A DNA stretch of 64,000 nucleotides from an uncultured Collinsella sp. (GTDB lineage: Bacteria; Actinomycetota; Coriobacteriia; Coriobacteriales; Coriobacteriaceae). Within the stretch, counting starts at the first letter, position 1. Each line of letters begins with the position of its first letter. Positions 26,553 to 35,700 of the stretch are shown here, piece after piece. The stretch covers positions 66,671-130,670 of the forward strand of contig CATYZE010000003.1 of assembly GCA_958415525.1 (NCBI GenBank). Reading direction: 5' to 3'. The notes under the pieces were generated by a model. The model saw only the letters and a list, made by a program, of their open reading frames with translations. It had not been told where the DNA came from and did no database searches. The position numbers and the translations under genes were made by a program.

Positions 26553-29435
26553 ATGACGCTACTGTATTTCCTTACCCTGTTTCCGCTGGTACCGGCGCTG
26601 GGCATGCTGCTCGCGCGCGGTGACCGCGCCCGCGATGCGGTAGGGCTTGTAGGCTCCGGCATCATTATGGCGGTGACAGTTGTAGTCGCCGTCATGTTTT
26701 TTGGCGCGGGACCGCAGAGCTTCGAGGTGGCACCGGGCACCTCGCACGTGCTCTCCATCATCAGCTCCGCCATCGATGTCATCCTGTGCGCCATCATTCT
26801 GTACAACGCGCGTAAATATAAGAGCACGCTCACCACGGTGCTCGGCGTGGTGCAGCTGGTGGGTTCGGTTGCCTTCGCTGCCATGACGCTGCCCGCGGCC
26901 GAGGTTGTCACCGCCACGCCGCTCTACCTGGATTACATGAGTGTGATCATGGTGCTTGCCGTCGGCATTGTCGGCAGCCTAATCTGCGTGTACGCCCTGG
27001 GCTACATGAAGGACTTCCAGGCCCACGACGAGCACGAGGCAGCGCTGCGCGGGCAGGCGGCGCCCGACCGACGCCCGCAGTTCCTGGCGCTTATGTTCCT
27101 GTTCCTCTCCGCCATGTTCGTCATCGTGACAAGCGACAACCTTGAGTGGCTGTTCTGTGGCTGGGAAATCACCACCGTGTGCTCGTTCCTCATGATTGGC
27201 TACACGCGCACGCCCGAGGCCATCAAGAACGCCTTTACCCAGATCATCCTTAACATGCTGGGCGGCATCGCGTTTTTGGCCGGACTCATGTACCTGCACG
27301 TTAACGGCATGCCGCTGACCATCTCGGGCATGATCGAGCTTTCCGGCGCCGGAACCGCGCAATCCGCGCTGCTGGTGATGCCGGTCGTCCTGCTGTCGCT
27401 CGCCGCACTCACCAAGGCCGCACAGATGCCGTTCCACACTTGGCTATTGGGTGCCATGGTTGCCCCCACTCCCACGAGCGCCCTGCTGCACTCGTCAACC
27501 ATGGTCAAAGCCGGCGTGTTCCTGATGGTCAAGCTCAGCCCGCTCTATGCCATCTATCCCGTGACCGGCTTTATGGTCACGAGTGTGGGTGCCATCACGT
27601 TTTTGCTCGCTGCCCTCATGGCCATCTCGCAGAGTAACGCCAAACGCGTGCTCGCGTACTCCACCATTTCCAACTTGGGCCTCATCAGTGCCTGCCTGGG
27701 CGTCGGCGCGCCCGAGGCCGTGTGGGCCGCGATCTTCCTGATCCTGTTCCATACGGTGGCAAAGTCGCTGCTGTTCCTGTGCGTGGGCACGGCCGAGCAT
27801 CATATCGGCAGCCGCAATATCGAGGACATGGACGGCATGTTCAGCCGCATGCCGCACCTGACGCGCCTGATGATGCTGGGCATTATGGGCATGTTCGTGG
27901 CCCCGTTTGGCATGCTCGTGTCCAAGTGGGGCGCCCTGGTGGCGTTTGCCCAGACCGGCAACGTGCTCATGATCATGGTGCTTGCCTTTGGCTCGGCCGC
28001 GACGTTCTTCTTCTGGGGCAAGTGGCTTGCCAAGCTTTCGGGCGTCGACCCCACGGCTCAAAACGTTGAGGTCAATGTCCATAAGACCGAATGGATGGCC
28101 CTCAACACCATCGCCGCGCTGCTGATTCTTTGCTGCGTGGCGTTCCCGCTCATCTCGAGCGGCCTGGTGTCGCCTTACTTGGCCATGGTGTTTGGCCGCG
28201 TGCCGTACGTTATTGGCAAGGACTCCATGTATCTGATGGTGGTTATCGTGGCGTTTATCGCCGTGGTGCTGCTGACTTCATTCCGCGTGAGCAACAAACC
28301 GCACGTAAACGTATATCTTTCGGGCGTGGGAACCGACAATTACCGCCATTTCCGCGGCTCGATGGGACACGAGGTGAAGGCCGAAAAGCGCAATTGGTAC
28401 TCGGAGGACGCCCTTGGCGAGAAGCGTATTGGCCCCGCGGGTAGCGTCGTGTGTTGCAGCATTATCTTGTTTGCGCTGCTGTGTTGCGCGTGGATTGGGC
28501 CCGAGAGACTTGCCATGAGCGCGCCCTCGGTGTTGCGCGGCAAGTATTTTGAAGGTTCGGGTGTCGTGGGCATATTTATTGGTACCGTGGCGTTTGCCCT
28601 GCTGGCGCCGCTTGTGGGCGGCCTGATTGACGGCCTTGACCGTAAGCTTTCGGCTCGCATGCAGGGCCGCGTGGGTCCGCGCCTTCTGCAGCCCTTCTAC
28701 GACGTTGCCAAACTGCTGCGCAAGGCCCCTGCCAGCGTAAACACCATGGACGATACCTATATGGCATGTGCGCTCATCTTTACCGTGGTAGGCGGCGGCA
28801 TCTTTGTGTCGGGTTCCAACACGCTGCTGTGCGCTTTTATGGTGACGCTCGCCGCGATCTTTGTGGTGCTGGCGTCCGCCTCGACGCAAAGCCCGTTTGC
28901 GCAGGTCGGCGCCGATCGCGAGTTGCTGCAGGTTATGAGCTACGAGCCCGCCGTTCTGCTGATGAGCGTGGGCCTGTATCTCGCCACCGATAGCTTTGAT
29001 TCCATCGCCGTGACCGGGCAGTCGGCGCCCATCATCGTGTACAGTGCGCCCATTTTCCTGGCGCTGCTTGCGGTGCTTACCATCAAGCTGCGCAAGTCGC
29101 CGTTCGATCTTTCGTACTCGCATCACGCGCATCAGGAGATCGTCCAGGGTATCGCCACCGAGATGAGCGGCAGCACGCTGGCCAAGATGACCCTTATGCA
29201 CTGGTGCGAGACCGTGCTGTTTTTGATGTGGGTGGGCATGTTTTTTGTTTGGGACAACCCGGTGAGCTGGGTGGTTGCCCTGGTCGTGATGGTCGCGACG
29301 TATTTTGTCGAGGTACTGATCGATAACACCTTCGCCCGTAGCACCTGGCGCAGCTGCTTTAAGCTCGGCTGGGGCGTGGCGCTGGTGTTTGGCCTGCTCA
29401 ACCTTATGCCCATCCTCGTTGACGTATTTATTTAG
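26553..29435 (+). CDS. Ech-type hydrogenase membrane subunits fused: antiporter-like EchA (NuoL/HyfB-like) + EchB (NuoH/HycD-like)
   Basis: 960 aa. The N-terminal ~650 aa are a Mrp/NuoL-like polytopic domain (WLLGAMVAPTPTSALLHSSTMVKAG). The C-terminal ~300 aa carry the NuoH/HycD motif GLIDGLDRKLSARMQGRVGP..LQPFYD. Confidence 0.85.
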   Translation: MTLLYFLTLFPLVPALGMLLARGDRARDAVGLVGSGIIMAVTVVVAVMFFGAGPQSFEVAPGTSHVLSIISSAIDVILCAIILYNARKYKSTLTTVLGVVQLVGSVAFAAMTLPAAEVVTATPLYLDYMSVIMVLAVGIVGSLICVYALGYMKDFQAHDEHEAALRGQAAPDRRPQFLALMFLFLSAMFVIVTSDNLEWLFCGWEITTVCSFLMIGYTRTPEAIKNAFTQIILNMLGGIAFLAGLMYLHVNGMPLTISGMIELSGAGTAQSALLVMPVVLLSLAALTKAAQMPFHTWLLGAMVAPTPTSALLHSSTMVKAGVFLMVKLSPLYAIYPVTGFMVTSVGAITFLLAALMAISQSNAKRVLAYSTISNLGLISACLGVGAPEAVWAAIFLILFHTVAKSLLFLCVGTAEHHIGSRNIEDMDGMFSRMPHLTRLMMLGIMGMFVAPFGMLVSKWGALVAFAQTGNVLMIMVLAFGSAATFFFWGKWLAKLSGVDPTAQNVEVNVHKTEWMALNTIAALLILCCVAFPLISSGLVSPYLAMVFGRVPYVIGKDSMYLMVVIVAFIAVVLLTSFRVSNKPHVNVYLSGVGTDNYRHFRGSMGHEVKAEKRNWYSEDALGEKRIGPAGSVVCCSIILFALLCCAWIGPERLAMSAPSVLRGKYFEGSGVVGIFIGTVAFALLAPLVGGLIDGLDRKLSARMQGRVGPRLLQPFYDVAKLLRKAPASVNTMDDTYMACALIFTVVGGGIFVSGSNTLLCAFMVTLAAIFVVLASASTQSPFAQVGADRELLQVMSYEPAVLLMSVGLYLATDSFDSIAVTGQSAPIIVYSAPIFLALLAVLTIKLRKSPFDLSYSHHAHQEIVQGIATEMSGSTLAKMTLMHWCETVLFLMWVGMFFVWDNPVSWVVALVVMVATYFVEVLIDNTFARSTWRSCFKLGWGVALVFGLLNLMPILVDVFI

Positions 29436-29447
29436 GAGGCGGCATCC

Positions 29448-30062
29448 ATGGATCATAAAATGTCGCGCTCGCCGTGGGTTATTCATTACGACGGCTCGAG
29501 CTGCAACGGATGCGATATCGAGGTGCTGGCCTCGCTCACGCCGCTGTTCGATGCGGAGCGCTTTGGCGTGGTCAACACCGGTAACCCCAAGCATGCGGAT
29601 ATCTTTTTGGTGACGGGTTCGGTCAACGCGCAAAACCTGCCCGTCGTGCGCCAGATCTACAACCAGATGCTCGAGCCCAAGTGCGTGGTGGCGTGCGGCA
29701 TCTGCGCGTGCTCGGGCGGCGTGTTCCGCGATGCCTACAACGTGATCGGCGGCGTGGACCGCGCGATTCCCGTGGACGTGTACGCGCCCGGGTGCGCCAT
29801 TCGCCCCGAGACGGTGATCGATGCCATCGTGGAGGCGTGCGGCATCCTGGACCAGAAGGAGGCCGTGATGCGCGCCGGCGGCGATCCGCTCACCGTGGGC
29901 GGCGCCGCCACCTGGGACGGTGGCGTTGAGCTGGGCGAGGACGGGTTTGTGGCCGCGGGGGCCGGGGCTGGGGCCGGTGCCGACGCGGGCGCCGCTAACG
30001 GTGCACCCGTCGCTGCTGACGGCGCTGCCGACGAGCCCGCCGCTGCAAAGGAGGCCGAGTAA
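29448..30062 (+). CDS. echC: Group 4 [NiFe]-hydrogenase small subunit (NuoB-like) with a Gly/Ala-rich C-terminal tail
   Basis: SCNGCDIE, VTGSVN, VACGICACSGG and APGCAIRPE provide the Cys ligands of the proximal 4Fe-4S cluster. Confidence 0.9.
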   Translation: MDHKMSRSPWVIHYDGSSCNGCDIEVLASLTPLFDAERFGVVNTGNPKHADIFLVTGSVNAQNLPVVRQIYNQMLEPKCVVACGICACSGGVFRDAYNVIGGVDRAIPVDVYAPGCAIRPETVIDAIVEACGILDQKEAVMRAGGDPLTVGGAATWDGGVELGEDGFVAAGAGAGAGADAGAANGAPVAADGAADEPAAAKEAE

Positions 30063-30796
30063 TGCAAAAGGCAATCTATACCACCGTCGGGATCGATGAG
30101 CTGCTGCCGCATGTGCAGGCGCTCAAGGGTGCCGGCGCGCGCTTTGTGCAGATGCACGCCGAGCGCTGCGTAGACGACGGTTCGTATCGCCTGGTCTATA
30201 CGTTTATCAACGTCCGCGCCGCGCAGGAACAGATTGCGCAGGACGGTAGCTATGCGATTGAGAATCTGGTGGTCGAGGGTATCGACCAGTACCAAGAGAT
30301 CCCGTCCATCAGCTCGTACTATCCGGCGGTGTTCCCGTTTGAGAACGAGGCACATGACCTGTTTGGACTTGCCATCACCGACATGCAGATCGACTTTAAG
30401 GGCTTTTTCTACCAGGTCTCGACTGCCGAGCCCATGAGCGTGATTACGCCCGAGGTGAAGGCTGCGCGCGAGAAGGCCATGAAGGTCCGCGCCGCTGCCG
30501 AGGCCAAGGCGCGCAAGGCCGCGGCCGAGAAGGCTGCCGCTGCCGAGAAGGCCGCCGCTGCTGCGGCTGCTGCAGGGGAGGGTACTGCGAGCGCCGGCGA
30601 CGCCACGGGCGCCGCCGCTCAGCCCGCTGCGGCTGCCGGCTCCGATGCTCAGCATGACGAGGCCGCGGCCAAGGCCGCACTTAAAGCCGCCGAGATGGAG
30701 GCAAAGCTCGCCGCCATGGATCCCGAGAAAGCGGCCAAGGTCCGCGCGGCGCTTGCCGCCAAGGCCGCCCGCGACAAGCAGAAAAAGGAGGCGTAA
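30062..30796 (+). CDS. echD: NuoC-like hydrogenase subunit (EchD-like) with a ~110-aa Ala/Lys/Glu-rich C-terminal tail
   Basis: Position between the small and large subunits. The N-terminal ~130 aa are NuoC/HycE-N-like (YYPAVFPFENEAHDLFG). Confidence 0.7.
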   Translation: MQKAIYTTVGIDELLPHVQALKGAGARFVQMHAERCVDDGSYRLVYTFINVRAAQEQIAQDGSYAIENLVVEGIDQYQEIPSISSYYPAVFPFENEAHDLFGLAITDMQIDFKGFFYQVSTAEPMSVITPEVKAAREKAMKVRAAAEAKARKAAAEKAAAAEKAAAAAAAAGEGTASAGDATGAAAQPAAAAGSDAQHDEAAAKAALKAAEMEAKLAAMDPEKAAKVRAALAAKAARDKQKKEA

Positions 30797-30801
30797 GGTC
30801 C

Positions 30802-31890
30802 ATGGCACATCGCTCCGTTATTCCGTTTGGCCCGCAGCACCCGGTGCTGCCCGAGCCGCTTCATCTAGACCTGGTGATCGAGGACGATCGCGTCATCGAG
30901 GCAATTCCGCAGATCGGCTTTGTGCACCGCGGGCTCGAGAAGCTCACCGAAAAGCGCGACATGCATCAGTTTGGCTACATCGCCGAGCGCATCTGCGGTA
31001 TTTGCGCCGTGGGCCACAGCTACGGCTATGCCAGCGCCTGCGAGCGCATGCTCGACATCGAGGTGCCCGGCCGCGTGCAGTATATTCGCACCATTCTGCA
31101 CGAGCTTTCGCGCATCCACTCGCATCTGCTGTGGCTGGGCCTGCTCGCCGACGCCTTTGGTTTTGAGGCGCTGTTCTATCGGTCGTGGACCCTGCGCGAG
31201 CAGATTCTCAAGATCTTTGAGAGCACGTGCGGCGGGCGCGTGATTCTGTCGATTAACGAGATCGGCGGCCTTAAGCACGATATCGAGGACTCCGAGCTGG
31301 CGGGCATTGTCCAGACACTCGATGCCATGCGTCCCGACTACGAGGCTCTGGTGCATACGTTTATGGATGATGCCAGCTGCGGCGAGCGTCTGCATGGCGT
31401 GGGCGTGATCAGCAAGAAGGACGCGCTGGAGCTTTCGATGGGCGGTCCGTTCGGGCGCGCCTCGGGCGTGGACTACGACGTGCGCATGTTCGGCGACGGC
31501 GCCTATGCGGATCTGGCTGCGTTTGAGCCCATCGTGGCGACCGACGGCGATTGCTACGCTCGCTGCCAGGTGCGTTGCGCCGAGGTCACGCAAGCTATGG
31601 ACATTATTAAGGAGCTTGTTGGCAAGATTCCGCACGACGGTATCGGTGGGCGCACCAAGCTCACACCGGCCGACGGCGCGCGCGGCGAAGTTGTGATTGA
31701 GCAGCCGCGCGGCGAGGCGTACTACTATGTGCGCGGCAACGGCACCAAGAACCTGGACCGCTTCCGCGTGCGCACGCCGACGTCGCAGAACCTGGCGGGT
31801 CTGACGCATGCGCTGCAGGGCGTGCTCATCGCCAACGTGCCCATGATTATCCTGACCATCGACCCCTGCATTAGCTGCACGGAAAGGTAG
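30802..31890 (+). CDS. echE: Group 4 [NiFe]-hydrogenase large subunit (NuoD-like)
   Basis: N-terminal Ni-binding RICGICAVGHS and C-terminal DPCISCTER motifs. The 362-aa length is typical of EchE. Confidence 0.9.
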   Translation: MAHRSVIPFGPQHPVLPEPLHLDLVIEDDRVIEAIPQIGFVHRGLEKLTEKRDMHQFGYIAERICGICAVGHSYGYASACERMLDIEVPGRVQYIRTILHELSRIHSHLLWLGLLADAFGFEALFYRSWTLREQILKIFESTCGGRVILSINEIGGLKHDIEDSELAGIVQTLDAMRPDYEALVHTFMDDASCGERLHGVGVISKKDALELSMGGPFGRASGVDYDVRMFGDGAYADLAAFEPIVATDGDCYARCQVRCAEVTQAMDIIKELVGKIPHDGIGGRTKLTPADGARGEVVIEQPRGEAYYYVRGNGTKNLDRFRVRTPTSQNLAGLTHALQGVLIANVPMIILTIDPCISCTER

Positions 31891-31897
31891 GCGCGGC

Positions 31898-32239
31898 ATG
31901 AGTTTACTGACATTTGCCAAGACGGCCTTGGGCTCTATGGTCAAGCAGCCGGTCACGGTGTGCTATCCGCAGGAGAAGCTGGCGGCGCCCGAGCGCTTGC
32001 GCGGGCACATCGTCAACGACATGGACGTGTGCATTTGCTGCGGCATGTGCGCGCGCCGCTGCCCGGCGGGCGCGCTCGCGGTCGATCGCAAGGGAGGAAC
32101 GTGGTCGATTGACCCGTATGCCTGCGTGGTGTGTGGCGAATGCATCGAAAGCTGCCCCAAGCACTGCCTGACTATGGACACCGCCCGCACCCCAGTCGCG
32201 GCGGACAAGACGCCCACGGTAGAAACCCAGCCGGAATAG
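31898..32239 (+). CDS. echF: 2x[4Fe-4S] ferredoxin-like hydrogenase subunit (NuoI-like)
   Basis: CICCGMCARRCP and CVVCGECIESCP cluster motifs. 113 aa. Last gene of the operon. Confidence 0.85.
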   Translation: MSLLTFAKTALGSMVKQPVTVCYPQEKLAAPERLRGHIVNDMDVCICCGMCARRCPAGALAVDRKGGTWSIDPYACVVCGECIESCPKHCLTMDTARTPVAADKTPTVETQPE

Positions 32240-32313
32240 CGCTGAAATAGGGCCGGCGGGGCAAAAATGCCCCGCCGGCCCCGCGCTTGAGCGCGCGGTC
32301 AGGCCGCCGCGAA

Positions 32314-32468
32314 CAAAACTATGCCGGTTTACTACGATAAATCGCCAACCTCCAACCACACCGCATTCGGCAAAAACAAAACCGCAGGTAGACGGCTTGC
32401 GACTTTGCGAAAAAAAGCGGGTGTGGTCGGGGATTTCGTTTTTATCATAGTAAACCGGCATAGTTTTG
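32314..32468. repeat. 155-bp MITE-like element (family A, copy 2, inverted relative to copy 1)
   Basis: CAAAACTATGCCGGTTTAC at 32314-32332 and its exact reverse complement at 32450-32468. The reverse-complemented interior aligns with 3638-3754 (shared AGCCGTCTACCTGCGGTTTT...GTGGTTGG). Confidence 0.8.
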
Positions 32469-32579
32469 AAATGGTGCCGTATTGGTAGCAGCCCCTGATC
32501 CCCCCCCGGGGACGGAGGAAAACGGATCTTTTTGGCTCGTCGATCTCGAGTCGCACCCGTTTTCCTGCGAAAACCCTCG

Positions 32580-32600
32580 TGTCTCAACTTTGTTGAGACA
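32580..32600. promoter_or_regulatory. Perfect palindrome TGTCTCAAC-ttt-GTTGAGACA, the first of a cluster of TGTCTCA-like motifs upstream of the adhesin gene
   Basis: Further copies at 32603-32609 and 32653-32659, a variant TGTGTCA near 32633-32639, and an inverted GAGACA at 32704-32709. Confidence 0.45.
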
Positions 32601-32711
32601 TTTGTCTCACGCCCAAAATCGAATCTGGAACATGTGTCACCTGCCCTAATTGTGTCTCATTCCGTAACTTTAGGCTGATGCAAGGTCTGATCCTGCGAGA
32701 AGGGAGACACG

Positions 32712-35700
32712 ATGGGTAAGTACACGAGGGGTCTCTTGGCGGTGATACTTGCCGTAGTGCTGGTATTGCCAGCCGCAGCATTTGCCATGCTGCCCGAGGC
32801 CAACGCCAGGTCCAGCACAGGAATGGACGGACCGACAGTGAGCGGAACGGTCGTCGACCCCGACACCAGCGGACGCTGGGAAAAATGGGCTGCCGGCCAC
32901 AGCGGTAATAAAGTTACGACCCAAAACGTCGGCCGAATCTGGACCGACAAGACGGTCAAGGCAACCGGAAAAGACGAAGCGTCAGACTTTTTGACTACGC
33001 TTTCGGCGATGTCCTCGACATCTAATTCGACCGTGACGGTCACCACACCACTCGACATTGTGATGGTGCTGGATGCCTCTGGCTCGATGGATGATCATAT
33101 GGGCGGAGGCGACAAGACCAAGCGTATTGATGCGCTGAAGAACGCTGCGAATAGCTTTATCGATACCATCGCCAAGCAAAACGAGAGCATCGAGGGCGTC
33201 GATAAGCAGCATAGGGTTGCCATCGTTAAGTTCGCGGGCAATAAGACCGACGAGGTCGGCAATGCTATTTATCGTGACGGAGGGTACTCATACAATTACA
33301 CACAGGTAATGAAAGAGCTGACCTATTGTTCCGGCAGCAATGCGAATGACCTCAAGAACAATACAATTAATAAAATTCAGCCTGCCGGTGCCACGCGCGC
33401 CGACTATGGTTTGCAGCTGGCCGCGAAGACGCTCGCTTCTGGCCGCGCGGACGCCAAGAAGATCGTTGTGTTCTTTACCGACGGTACTCCAACGAGCCAA
33501 AGTAAGTTCGATTCTACAGTCGCCAACGCTGCTGTGACGGCTGCCAAGGAGATGAAGGACGGCAAAGCTACCGTCTATACCATCGGCATCTTTGATGGCG
33601 CGGATCCCAAAGCCAGTGTCGAAAAATCAACTACAAGCCAAGAGAATAAGTTCATGCAGGCCGTGTCGAGCAACTACCCCAATGCTACGGCATGGAACAC
33701 TCACGGCACACGTGCGGATAATTCCGACTACTATAAGTCGGCGACCAATGCCGACGAGCTCAAGAAGGTCTTCGACGACATTTCAAAGGCCATTACGTCT
33801 GAAGCACCTCATCCGACCAAAATCCCTACGGGTTACGACGCGAACAAGTCCGGCTATGTTACGTTTACCGACGAGCTGGGCGACTTTATGCAGGTCGACG
33901 GCTTTACCGAAGCCATCATCAACGGTACGTCGTTTACCAAGACGAGCGAGACGTTCAACAAGGAAACCAATACCGACACCTATGAGTTTTCCGGCAAGGC
34001 AAAAGACCTGCTCATTACCGTGCAGCGTGCCGGTGACGATAATCCCCAGAAGGGCGATATCGTAACGGTCAGCATCCCTGCGTCGTTGATTCCGCAGAGC
34101 CACTTTAAGAACGAAGACGGCAAGCTCTCGGTCGACAGCGCTCAGCCTATCCGCGTGAAGTACGCTTCGAGCGTGAAGAAAGCTGCGCTCGACAACCTGT
34201 TTACGCCCGAGAAAGTAACGGGGCTCAAGGATTACATCAAGAACAATACGACTGTTGCCAACGGCGCCAAGACCGTGAATTTCTACGCGAACAAGTGGAG
34301 CCGCGGCGAGCTGGGTGATACGGTTGCGACCTTTGAGCCAGCCGACACCAACCGCTACTACTACTTCCAGAAGCAGACTCCTATTTACACGGATAAGGAC
34401 TGTAAGCAGCCTGCAAAGAATTCGCTGACAGATACTGGCACCTATTACTACAAGGATGAGTTTGAGGAGCAGGGCGAGAACAGCGAGGCCAAGCGCGCCA
34501 CCGACATCATTGAGTTTATCGGCGGCGACGCTGCGAAGTTCGACGGCGCTATTGTTGCTGACAAGGACGGTAACCTGTCGTTTAGCATCGGAACCGCGCG
34601 CCTAGCGTTTATTGACGAGCTCCATACCACCAAGGAGAGCGTGGGCGGCAACAACACTGGTACCGCGACTGACGTTCTCAACCCCAAGTGGAACAACATG
34701 TCCGCCAAGGCCGCCGCGACGCACGTCAACTCCTACCTGGGCAACAACGGCAAGATCAGCTATAAGTACGACATGACGCCGGCAACGGTGGACACCAAGG
34801 CGAGCTTTGGCTTGACCAAGGTGCTCGTGGGCCGCGACTGGACGAAGGAGGACAAGTTTGAGTTTGGGCTGACGTCCGAGGGCAACGCCCCGATGCCCGA
34901 GTCCGCGACTGCGACCGTGTTTGCGTCCGTGACCAAGGACGATCTGAATGACAAGGGCAAGGCGGCCATTAACTTCGGTACGATCGAATACGCCGCACCT
35001 GGAACGTATGTCTACAAGGTCAGCGAGAAGAACGCTGGGACCACGGTTGACGGCGTTGCCTACAGCAAGAACGTCGCGGAGATCACCGTGACGGTGACGC
35101 CCAACAAGAAGGGCGAGCTCAGCGCTGACGTGAAGGTGACTTGGAGCGAAGCAGGCGAGAACGAGTTCAAGAACGTTTACACTGCGGAGCCTGTTGAGTC
35201 CAGCGTTACCGACAAGATTGACGTGACCAAGTCCCTGACCGGGCGCGATCTTGCGGCCGGCGAGTTCAGCTTTGAGCTGCTCGAAGTCGTGGACAAGGAA
35301 GATAAGCCTGTCGAGACCGTTACAAACGATGCCAACGGCAAGGTGACGTTCAGCGCCATCAAGTACACCGAGATCGGCCAGCATACCTACAAGCTGCGCG
35401 AGGTTCCGGGCGACGCCGGTGGCATAACCTACGACGGCACGACCTACATCATCGTGACGACCATCAGCGATAACGGCAAGGGCCAGCTGGTTGCCACGCA
35501 CGAGGTGAAGGGTGCCGAGGATCCCAAGAGCATCGAGTTCAAGAACGCTTACACCACGAATGCCGCCGAGGCATCGCTTGTGGGTATCAAGAACCTGCAG
35601 GCCGTCGACGGCCTGACCCCGGCTGACATCGCCGGCAAGTTCACCTTTACCGTGACCGGCGAAGAGGGTGCACCCATGCCCGTGAACGCGAGCGTGCACA

